A stretch of DNA of 32,161 nucleotides from Thermoanaerobaculia bacterium (GTDB lineage: Bacteria; Acidobacteriota; Thermoanaerobaculia; UBA5066; Gp7-AA6): positions 1 to 32,161 of the forward strand of contig JBOGJK010000257.1 of the NCBI GenBank assembly GCA_050745345.1, in the 5' to 3' direction. Both the position numbers and the translations under genes were made by a program. Positions 7,831 to 15,233 of the stretch are shown here, piece by piece. A model generated the notes under the pieces. The model had not been told where the DNA came from. It made no database searches and saw only the letters and a list, made by a program, of their open reading frames with translations. Every line of letters starts with the position of its first letter. Position 1 is the stretch's first letter.

Positions 7831-10257
7831 ATGGAGCGAAGCGCAAGCGTCAGCCGCAGGCGCTTTCTGGGTTTTGCGGTGGGTGCTGCGGCGGGGGCGG
7901 CGGCCGGCGTGCCGGCGGGACGGACGCTGGGCGATCTTCTCCAGGCCGCCGATCTGCCCGTTTACCCGCTGCGGGGGCCGGAGAGCTTCGTCCTCTCCGT
8001 CTGTAGCCTCTGCCCGGGTGGCTGCGGATTGCGCGTCCGGCGGATCGGCGAGCGCGTGGTTAAGGTCGACGGAAACCCGCTCCATCCGGTCAATGGGGGC
8101 CGTCTCTGCCCGCGCGGGCAGGCGGCTCTCCAGAGCCTCTATCATCCTGACCGCCTCGCCGGACCGCTCCACCGGGTCGGGCCGCGTGGAACGCTCGAAT
8201 CCTTCGAGCGAGTCTCGTGGGATCGCGCCCTCGGAGAGATCGCCGCGCGCCTGAAGACGCTCCGAGCGAAAGGACGGCCCGAGTCGCTCGTCCTGGTACG
8301 CGGCGGCGCCCGGCGCGTGGGAAGCCGCCTCGCGCAGCGTTTTCTCGCGGCGTTCGGCTCGCCCAACGACGTGACGCTCGACCGCGGCGAGGTCTCCGCC
8401 TCGCTCGCCCTGCAGCTTGGCCAGGGTCTGCTGGCCGCTCCCGCCTACGACCTCTCTTCCGCCGACTACGTTCTCTCGCTGGGCGGCGCGCTCTTGGAGG
8501 CCTGGAGCTCGCCGGTCCACACCTCGCGCGCGTACGGCCACTTCCGGCAGGGCCGCACGGGCCGGCGCGGCAAGCTCGTGCAGGTCGAGCCGCGGCTGTC
8601 GATCACCGCCGCCTCGGCCGACCAGTGGATTGCCGTCCGGCCGGGCACCGAAGGGGTCTTCGGCCTGGGAGTGGCGGCAGTGATCGTCGCCGAAAGCCTC
8701 TACAACAAGGAGTTTGTCGCCGAACATACAGTGGGGCTCGAAGAGGTGGCGGGAGCCAGGGGAGAGCCCCGGCGCGGCCTGCGCGAGCTGCTCGAGCGCG
8801 ACTACGGCCTGGAGCGCGTGGCCGAGGAGACCGGCGTGTCCGCGAACGTGATTCTGCGCGTGGCGCGCGAGCTCGCCGCCGCCCGCCGCGGCGTGGCCGT
8901 GGGCCCGCGCCGCGGCTTTCTCCTGCCCGGCTCTCTCCACGGCCATCTCGTCGCGCAAACGCTCAACGCCCTGCTCGGCAGCATCGACTCCCCGGGCGGC
9001 GTGCTCGTGGCGGAGGAGGCGCCGCTCGCCCAATGGCCCCGGCTGCCTGAGGACGCGGTGGCGCTTCACGGGCGCGGCCGTCCGCGCCTCGACGGCGCGG
9101 GCAGCGGGGACTTGGCCTCCCTTCCCTCCGATCCCGAGCGGCTGGCCGAGGCAATTCTTTCCGGCTCGCCGTATCCCGTCGAGGCGGTCATCGTCCTGGA
9201 TGCGGATCCGGTTTTCGCTTCCTTCGCGCCCGACCGCTATGCGGCGGCGCTCGAGCGGGTCCCGCTGGTCGTCTCCTTCGCCACGATTCCCGACGACACC
9301 TCGCTCCACGCCGACTGGATCCTTCCGGAGGCGCATTTCCTCGAGCAGTGGGAGCTCCAGACGACACCGCCGGGCGTGCCCTATCCCGTCGTCAGCCTCT
9401 CGCGGCCGACGCTCGCCAGGCCGCTCCACGACGTTCGGCCGGTCTCCGAGATCTTCCTCGAGCTGGCCCGACGCACCGGGCCGGAGATCGCCGCAGCGTT
9501 TCCCTGGAAGGACGTCCGGTCGCTGCTGAAGGCGGAGATGCAGGGCCTCTACGAGCAGAAACGCGGCGCCATCATGGGCACGGCCTTCGACGAAGCCTGG
9601 GTCCGCATGATGGAGGGGGCGGGCTGGTGGGTGCCGGGCTACCGCTCCGCCGAAGAGCTGTGGACGAAGTCGCTGGAGACCGGCGGCTGGTGGGATCCCT
9701 TCTACGACCACGGCGACTGGAAACGCGTCTTGAAGACCCGCTCCGGGCGCTTCGAGTTTCGGGCGGACATTCTCGAGCGGCGGCCGCGGGCCGCCGTGGC
9801 CGGCGGCCTGGAGCCGAAGCCCGATGCGCTCGCCCTCGTGCTCTTCGAGCCGCTCGCCCTGGCCGGCGGAACGGGCGCCGAGCTACCGTTTCTGCAGGGG
9901 ATTCTCGATCCCGGTGAAGAGGAGCGGTGGGAGACGTGGGCGGACCTCCATGCGGAGACGGCCGCCGCGCTCGGGATCGCCGACCGGGACCGTGTGACGG
10001 TCTCCTCGCCCCACGGTGCGATCTCGGTGTGCGCGCGGGTGGGGCTGCGCGTCGTGCCCGGCGTCGTCGCGATCCCGGTCGGCCAGGGAAAGCGCGCCGG
10101 CGGGCGCTGGGCCGCCGGCGTCGGGGCGAACCCGCTGCGGCTGGTCTCGGGCGAGAGAGAGCTCTTCTCCGGGCTGCCCGATCCGGGCTCGACGAAGGTG
10201 CAGGTGACGAAGGCGGACGGAGGCGAACGCGGCCGCCCGGCCGACAGGAGGGCCTAG
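7831..10257 (+). CDS. TAT-exported molybdopterin-oxidoreductase-family large subunit (PsrA/ActB1/QrcB-like)
   Basis: Twin-arginine signal SRRRFLGFAVGAAAGAAAG. FS0-type motif CSLCPGGCG...(27 aa)...C. Also FGSPN, and a C-terminal Molydop-binding-like WADLHAETAAALGIADRDRVTVSSPHGAISVCARV...PGVVAIPVGQG. Confidence 0.8.
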   Translation: MERSASVSRRRFLGFAVGAAAGAAAGVPAGRTLGDLLQAADLPVYPLRGPESFVLSVCSLCPGGCGLRVRRIGERVVKVDGNPLHPVNGGRLCPRGQAALQSLYHPDRLAGPLHRVGPRGTLESFERVSWDRALGEIAARLKTLRAKGRPESLVLVRGGARRVGSRLAQRFLAAFGSPNDVTLDRGEVSASLALQLGQGLLAAPAYDLSSADYVLSLGGALLEAWSSPVHTSRAYGHFRQGRTGRRGKLVQVEPRLSITAASADQWIAVRPGTEGVFGLGVAAVIVAESLYNKEFVAEHTVGLEEVAGARGEPRRGLRELLERDYGLERVAEETGVSANVILRVARELAAARRGVAVGPRRGFLLPGSLHGHLVAQTLNALLGSIDSPGGVLVAEEAPLAQWPRLPEDAVALHGRGRPRLDGAGSGDLASLPSDPERLAEAILSGSPYPVEAVIVLDADPVFASFAPDRYAAALERVPLVVSFATIPDDTSLHADWILPEAHFLEQWELQTTPPGVPYPVVSLSRPTLARPLHDVRPVSEIFLELARRTGPEIAAAFPWKDVRSLLKAEMQGLYEQKRGAIMGTAFDEAWVRMMEGAGWWVPGYRSAEELWTKSLETGGWWDPFYDHGDWKRVLKTRSGRFEFRADILERRPRAAVAGGLEPKPDALALVLFEPLALAGGTGAELPFLQGILDPGEEERWETWADLHAETAAALGIADRDRVTVSSPHGAISVCARVGLRVVPGVVAIPVGQGKRAGGRWAAGVGANPLRLVSGERELFSGLPDPGSTKVQVTKADGGERGRPADRRA

Positions 10258-10259
10258 GC

Positions 10260-10961
10260 ATGGCGCGCTGGGCGATGGTGATCGATCTAGACCGCTGCAC
10301 GGCTTGCCAGGCCTGTGTTGTGGCGTGCCAGGCCGAGAACAATGTCCCGCCCGCCGGGCCGGAGCGCGCCGAGAGGGGTCGCGCGATCTCCTGGCTGCGA
10401 CTGGTTCCTTTCCAGGGAGGGGAGCACGGGACGGGGCCGGAGCTGCGGCTGGTGCCACTGCCGTGCATGCACTGCGAGCGCCCCCCGTGTACCCGCGTCT
10501 GCCCCGTGAAGGCGACGCAGATCGACCGGGAGGGCCTCGTCTCCCAGGTCTACCCCCGCTGCATCGGGTGCCGCTACTGCACGACCGCCTGTCCCTACAC
10601 GGTCCGCTATTTCAATTGGGATCGCCCGCAGTGGCCGCGCCCCATGGAGGACAGCTTGAGCCCGGACGTCTCGGTGCGGCCCAAGGGCGTCGTCGAGAAG
10701 TGCACGTTCTGCCACCACCGCCTGCAGCGCGCGCGCGACCGGGCCCGGGCGGAAGGCCGGCCGCTGCGGGAAGGCGACTACGTTCCGGCCTGCGTCGAGA
10801 CGTGTCCCGCGGAGGCGATGGTCTTCGGAGATCTCGACGATCCGCGCAGCGCCGTCTCCCGGCTGTCGCAGGGGCCGCGCGCCTTCCGGCTGCTCGAGGA
10901 GCTGGGGACCCGGCCGAAGGTCGTCTACCTGTCGAAAGGAGAATGGGGTGGAGAAGTTTGA
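10260..10961 (+). CDS. Four-cluster [4Fe-4S] ferredoxin-type subunit (PsrB/NrfC/ActB2/QrcC-like)
   Basis: ATG at 10260 follows AGGAGG. Four Cys groups: CTACQACVVAC, CMHCERPPCTRVCP, CIGCRYCTTACP and CTFCH...CVETCP. Confidence 0.85.
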   Translation: MARWAMVIDLDRCTACQACVVACQAENNVPPAGPERAERGRAISWLRLVPFQGGEHGTGPELRLVPLPCMHCERPPCTRVCPVKATQIDREGLVSQVYPRCIGCRYCTTACPYTVRYFNWDRPQWPRPMEDSLSPDVSVRPKGVVEKCTFCHHRLQRARDRARAEGRPLREGDYVPACVETCPAEAMVFGDLDDPRSAVSRLSQGPRAFRLLEELGTRPKVVYLSKGEWGGEV

Positions 10962-12288
10962 GCTTGGCGAGGATGCCCGGCTGCTGCGCCCGATCGAGCG
11001 GACGGGCCGCGCCTTCCGGATCAGCACCGCCATCCTGCTCTCGATCGCGGCCTGGGGCGTCTTCGCCTATCTCTCGCAGCTGCGCCGCGGCCTCTCGGTC
11101 ACCGGCCTGAACGTTCCCGTCTACTGGGGCCTTTACATCACCAACTTCGTCTTCTTCATCGGCATCAGCCACGCCGGCACGCTGATCTCGGCGATCCTGC
11201 GGCTAGCGCACGCCGAATGGCGCCGCTCGATCACGCGCTCGGCCGAAGTGATAACGGTCCTGGTCCTCTGGTTCGGCATGGGATGCGTGATTCTGGACCT
11301 CGGGCGGCCGGACCGGGTCTTCAACATCCTGCGCCACGGCAACTTCACCTCGCCGCTCTTGTGGGACGTCGCCTCGATCGCGACCTATCTGACGGCCAGC
11401 ACGATCTACCTGTATCTGCCGCTCATCCCCGACATCGCCATTCTGCGCGACAACTTTCCGGGCCGCAAATGGCTCTACCGCACGCTGGCCCTCGGCTGGA
11501 CCGGCACGCCGCGGCAGCAGCGCCTGCTCAACCGGGCGATTGCCGCGATGGCGGTCATCGTGATCCCGATCGCCGTCAGCGTTCACACCGTCGTCTCCTG
11601 GGTTTTCGCGATGACGGTCCAGCCGATGTGGCACTCGACGATCTTCGGACCCTATTTCGTCGTCGGCGCCATCTTCTCGGGGATCGCCGCGATTCTGATC
11701 GCCATGGCGATCATCCGGCGCGCCTACCACCTGGAGGACTACCTCAAGCCCGTGCACTTCAACAACCTGGGGCTCCTGCTCCTCGTCATGACCCTGCTCT
11801 GGTTCTACTTCACGTTCGCCGAGTTCCTCACGACTTACTACGGGGGCGAGCCGTCCCACATGGTGATCTTCCTCTCCAAGACGGAGGGCCGCTTCTCGCC
11901 TCTCTTCTGGACGATGGTCGTGACGTGTTTCGTGGTTCCCTTCGCGATGCTCGCGAACAACCGGACGCGCGGGACGGTCTGGGGGACCGTGACGGCCGCG
12001 GTCTCGGTCGAGATCGGCATGTGGCTCGAACGCTTCCTGATCGTGGTTCCGAGCCTCTCGAATCCGAGACTTCCCCTGACGGCGGCCACCTACACGCCCT
12101 CCTGGGTGGAATGGTCGCTGATGGCGGCGTTCGTCGCAACCTTCATCTTCCTCTACTCCGTCTTCTCCAAGCTCTTCCCGATCGTCTCGATCTGGGAGAT
12201 CCACGAGGGGCGCGAGAAGTCTTTGGAGGAAGTCAGCACGCGGGTTCAGAGCTACCTTCCGGCGGCCGTGGGGGCGGGACATGAGTAA
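10948..12288 (+). CDS. NrfD/PsrC-type polytopic quinone-interacting membrane subunit (ActC/QrcD-like)
   Basis: GTG at 10948 follows AAAGGAGA and overlaps the FeS gene. The 446-aa protein is strongly hydrophobic, with GLNVPVYWGLYITNFVFFIGISHAGTLISAILRL, typical of NrfD-family subunits. Confidence 0.8.
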   Translation: MEKFELGEDARLLRPIERTGRAFRISTAILLSIAAWGVFAYLSQLRRGLSVTGLNVPVYWGLYITNFVFFIGISHAGTLISAILRLAHAEWRRSITRSAEVITVLVLWFGMGCVILDLGRPDRVFNILRHGNFTSPLLWDVASIATYLTASTIYLYLPLIPDIAILRDNFPGRKWLYRTLALGWTGTPRQQRLLNRAIAAMAVIVIPIAVSVHTVVSWVFAMTVQPMWHSTIFGPYFVVGAIFSGIAAILIAMAIIRRAYHLEDYLKPVHFNNLGLLLLVMTLLWFYFTFAEFLTTYYGGEPSHMVIFLSKTEGRFSPLFWTMVVTCFVVPFAMLANNRTRGTVWGTVTAAVSVEIGMWLERFLIVVPSLSNPRLPLTAATYTPSWVEWSLMAAFVATFIFLYSVFSKLFPIVSIWEIHEGREKSLEEVSTRVQSYLPAAVGAGHE

Positions 12289-13534
12289 CCGGCCCCGCTC
12301 GTCGGCCGCGGCCGGTGCGCTCGTGCTCGCCGCCCTGCTCGTGGCGGCGCTGGCCCGCGCCGAGTTCGGCGACCCGGTCCGCGGCCAATCGCTCTTCGTG
12401 GAGAAGGGGTGCGTCCAGTGCCACGCGGTGCGCGGCACGGGCGGGCGCATCGGGCCGGACCTGGGCCGCACGGCGGTCAAAGGCTCCTTCTTCGAGCTGG
12501 CCGCGGGCATGTGGAACCACTCGCAGGTGATGGGGCGCAAGATGGAGGAGAACCGAATCATCCGGCCGTCCTTCAAGGAGAGTGAGCTCGGCGACCTGAT
12601 CGCCTTTCTCTACTTCCTCAACTATTTCGACGAGCCGGGTGACCCGAAGGTCGGCAAGGTGCTCTTCGCGCAGAAGCACTGCATCCAGTGCCACCGGATC
12701 GGCCGGGAAGGGGGGACCGCGGGCCCCGCGCTGGACCGGCTCGCCCGCGGCACGGCGCCGCTGCGCATCGCCCAGGACCTGTGGAACCACGGCCCGGTGA
12801 TGGTGCCCGCCATCCGGCGGCTGGGCATGGACGTGCCCAAGTTCGAAGGCAGCGAGATCGTGGATCTCTTCGGATATCTGCGCAGCCAGGGGCAGCGCGA
12901 GACGGCGCGGGAGTTCCGGTCGGCGGGCGATCCGAATCGCGGCAGGGCGCTCTTCGCGAGCAAGGGTTGCGCCCGGTGCCACGCCATCTTCGGCCGCGGC
13001 TCGGCTATCGGCCCGGACCTCGGCAAGGCGGAGCTGCGGGGCAGCGTCACGCAACTGGCGGGTAGGATGTGGAACCACTGGCCGGCGATGGCCGAGGCGA
13101 TGGCGACGCTGGGCATGGCGCCGCCGACGTTTCACGAGGAGGAGATGGCGGATCTTTTCGCCTATCTCTTCCTCTCCCGCTACGGCGGGCGGCCGGGAGA
13201 CGTAGCGCGCGGCGAGGCGATCTACCGGACGAAGGGCTGCGCCTCCTGCCACGGGCACCGCGGCGAGGGCAACGTCGGACCCGCCCTGCGCGCGGTCGCC
13301 GCCGGCCAGCCCAAGGAGGGCATCGTCCAGCAGATGTGGAATCACGCGCCGGCCATGGGCGAAAAGATGAGCGCGTACGGAGTGCCCTGGCCGCGCCTCG
13401 AGGCGGACGATCTGGCCAACCTGATCGCCTTTCTCGCCCGCGGCTGGCAGCCCCCGGACGCCACGAGCGATTCGCCTCGGCCCGCTCGAGGGCGTTCACA
13501 CGCGCCGTCGCGACAAAGGAGAGACAGCCCATGA
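12281..13534 (+). CDS. Secreted cytochrome c built from four tandem monoheme domains (paralog of 6043..7287)
   Basis: Cleavable-looking signal (LVAALARA/EF). Four CxxCH motifs (CVQCH, CIQCH, CARCH, CASCH), each followed by a WNH motif (MWNH, LWNH, MWNH, MWNH). GQSLFVEKGCV is shared verbatim with domain 2 of the upstream paralog. Confidence 0.8.
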   Translation: MSNRPRSSAAAGALVLAALLVAALARAEFGDPVRGQSLFVEKGCVQCHAVRGTGGRIGPDLGRTAVKGSFFELAAGMWNHSQVMGRKMEENRIIRPSFKESELGDLIAFLYFLNYFDEPGDPKVGKVLFAQKHCIQCHRIGREGGTAGPALDRLARGTAPLRIAQDLWNHGPVMVPAIRRLGMDVPKFEGSEIVDLFGYLRSQGQRETAREFRSAGDPNRGRALFASKGCARCHAIFGRGSAIGPDLGKAELRGSVTQLAGRMWNHWPAMAEAMATLGMAPPTFHEEEMADLFAYLFLSRYGGRPGDVARGEAIYRTKGCASCHGHRGEGNVGPALRAVAAGQPKEGIVQQMWNHAPAMGEKMSAYGVPWPRLEADDLANLIAFLARGWQPPDATSDSPRPARGRSHAPSRQRRDSP

Positions 13535-14106
13535 AAACCTTTCGGTGTTCGTTCTTCCTCGCGGGCGGACTCGCGCTTCTCCTTTCCGCGTGGGCGGGAG
13601 CCAGGACTCCCTCCTACGCGGGAGCAAAGAAGTGCAAGATGTGCCACCTCAAGCAGTTCCAGACGTGGGAGCAGACGAAGATGGCGAAGTCCTTCGAGCT
13701 GCTCCGTACCGGCGTCGCGGCCGAGGCCAAGAAGAAGGCCAACCTCGATCCTCAGAAGGACTACACGCACGACGAGAAGTGCCTCGCCTGTCACACGACT
13801 GGCTACGGCAAGCCCGGCGGATTCGTCAGCGTCGAGAAAACGCCGGAGCTGGTGGGGGTGCAGTGCGAGTCGTGCCACGGGCCGGGCAGCGAGTACCTGA
13901 AGGAAGGAGCAATGACGCTGAAGAACAGGGAGTACAAACGCGCCGAAATGGTCAACCTCGGCCTGGTCTTGATCGACGCGGAGACATGCACCTCACAATG
14001 CCACAACAACAGGAGCCCCTTCGTCGGGAAGGACTACGTCTTCAACTACGAGCAGCGCCGCACGCAGGGAACGCACGAGCACGTTCCTCTGAAGTTCGAG
14101 CATTAG
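13531..14106 (+). CDS. Secreted small multiheme cytochrome c (c554-like), 3 CxxCH + 1 CxxxCH
   Basis: ATG at 13531 follows AAAGGAGAG and overlaps the upstream stop (ATGA). Signal peptide present. Motifs CKMCH, CLACH, CESCH and CTSQCH. Confidence 0.75.
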   Translation: MKTFRCSFFLAGGLALLLSAWAGARTPSYAGAKKCKMCHLKQFQTWEQTKMAKSFELLRTGVAAEAKKKANLDPQKDYTHDEKCLACHTTGYGKPGGFVSVEKTPELVGVQCESCHGPGSEYLKEGAMTLKNREYKRAEMVNLGLVLIDAETCTSQCHNNRSPFVGKDYVFNYEQRRTQGTHEHVPLKFEH

Positions 14107-14145
14107 TCTGTCTAGTTCGGGCTATCTGTTGACAGATTGGGGCCC
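14104..14145 (+). repeat. Copy B of the conserved ~42-nt intergenic element
   Basis: TAGTCTGTCTAGTTCGGGCTATCTGTTGACAGATTGGGGCCC aligns to 2816-2857. CTGTC/GACAG is retained. In the TAGTC/GGCTA stem the A-to-G difference turns a T-A pair into a T-G wobble. The element starts on the stop codon of the preceding cytochrome gene. Confidence 0.7.
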
Positions 14146-14233
14146 GAGGCGCTGTGGCAGCGAAGAGCGGGACACGCTCCGCGAGTGGGTCATTGTCGGC
14201 GGAGCCTGCGCGAACGGGGGGCCGCCCGATAGC

Positions 14234-15126
14234 GTGCCTCGAGGGGCTCCTCGAAAAGACCAGCCGCACCTTCGCGCTCTCCCTTCCGGTTCGGCCCGAG
14301 CCGACCCGGCACGAGTCATGATCGCGTACCCGCTGTTCCGCATTGCGGACACCTTCGAGGACGCCGCGCACTGGGAGCGTGGAAGCCGCATCGCGGCGCT
14401 CTCCGAGTTCCGGGCGCTTCTGGCGGCGTACTCGCGGCCGCAGGCCGAGCGGCTGTCCGGCAAGTGGAGCGCCGCCGGCCCATCCGCGCATGCGGGCTAC
14501 CGGGAGCTGATCGCCGAGGTCCCCTTCGTCCTGAACGCCTTCTTCGCCTTGCGCCCCGACGCGGTCGAGCCCGTGAGGGCCCACGTGATTCGTTCGGCGG
14601 AAGGCATGGCCCGGTACGTCGCGCGCACCCGCGGGAAAGCCCCCGTGCTCTCGAACCTGCCGGACCTGAAGGCCTACTGCTATGTCGTGGCCGGGATCGT
14701 CGGGGAGATGTTGACGGAGCTCTTCTTGCTCGGGCGGCCCGGGCTGCAGGCAATCGCCCCCTTCCTGAGGGAGCGGGCTTCGACCTTCGGTGAGGCGCTG
14801 CAGCTCACCAACATCCTCAAGGACTCGGCCACGGACGCCTCCGAGGGGACCTTCGGGCCGGTGTGCCTCGAGCCGAGATCCTCGCCCTGGCGCGGCGGGA
14901 CCTCGAGACCGCGGCGGCCTATATCGCCAGGCTCCAGTCCGCCGCCGCGCCGCAGGGCCTGGTCGAGTTCACGGCCCTGCCGGTACTTCTGGCACGGGCG
15001 TCCCTCGACCTCATCGAGAGGCGGGGACCGGGCTCGAAGATCAGCCGCCCGCAGGTCTTTCTGCTGACGCAGCAGTTGAAGCGCGCGCTCGACCGGGGAG
15101 AGCCGGCGGTTCCGGCCGGGGCGTAA
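14234..15126 (+). pseudogene. Frameshifted second copy of the squalene synthase gene
   Basis: Long stretches are near-identical at nucleotide level to 1644-2555. The N-terminal LLEKTSRTFALS coding sequence is in a different frame from the MIAYPLFRIADTFED body: one base is missing at about 14316 (cacgagtcatg versus cgtgaggtgatg). A net 7-nt loss near 14847-14865 removes the GRRYLP motif and shifts the C-terminal third into the frame of ORF 14863..15126. Confidence 0.7.
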
Positions 15127-15161
15127 GAACGGCGAAAGCGCGGGAATTCACGGAACGCCAA

Positions 15162-15191
15162 TTGATGCAGATACACCAGTGCCCTTAGGAT
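15162..15191 (+). promoter_or_regulatory. Possible sigma-70-type promoter in the only AT-richer gap upstream of the mtrC-like gene
   Basis: TTGATG (15162-15167), an 18-nt spacer, then TAGGAT (15186-15191). It sits 43 nt before the ATG at 15234, which carries a GGAGG SD. Both hexamers are weak matches. Confidence 0.25.
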
Positions 15192-15233
15192 GCGCCATCG
15201 AATAATCGGTTTCGAATCTCCGGAGGTGGTGCC

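Noticed and set aside
7741-9711. 656-aa ORF on the minus strand
   Set aside because: It is antisense to the TAT-signal molybdopterin-family gene, shows the same low-complexity GC artefact, and has no start context.
7284-12288. Bona fide alternative complex III (actABCDEF)
   Set aside because: There are no ActD, ActE or ActF equivalents, and only one NrfD-type subunit. The large subunit and FeS subunit are separate genes, and the large subunit keeps the FS0 cysteine motif. It is described only as Qrc/ACIII-like.
14155-14170. Second sigma-54-like site (TGGCAGCGAAGAGC) upstream of the sqs relic and mtr-like operon
   Set aside because: The GG-to-GC spacing is one nucleotide short of the strict -24/-12 geometry, and there is no TGC(A/T) -12 box.
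14990-15004. TGGCACG (perfect -24 half-site) inside the sqs relic
   Set aside because: The -12 position reads TCCC, with no GC dinucleotide at the required spacing. It is probably a chance product of substitutions in the pseudogene.
15153-15168. GGAACGCCAATTGA as a sigma-54 promoter for the mtrC-like gene
   Set aside because: The spacing is right, but the -12 element is GA instead of the near-invariant GC. A weak sigma-70-type reading was kept instead, at low confidence.
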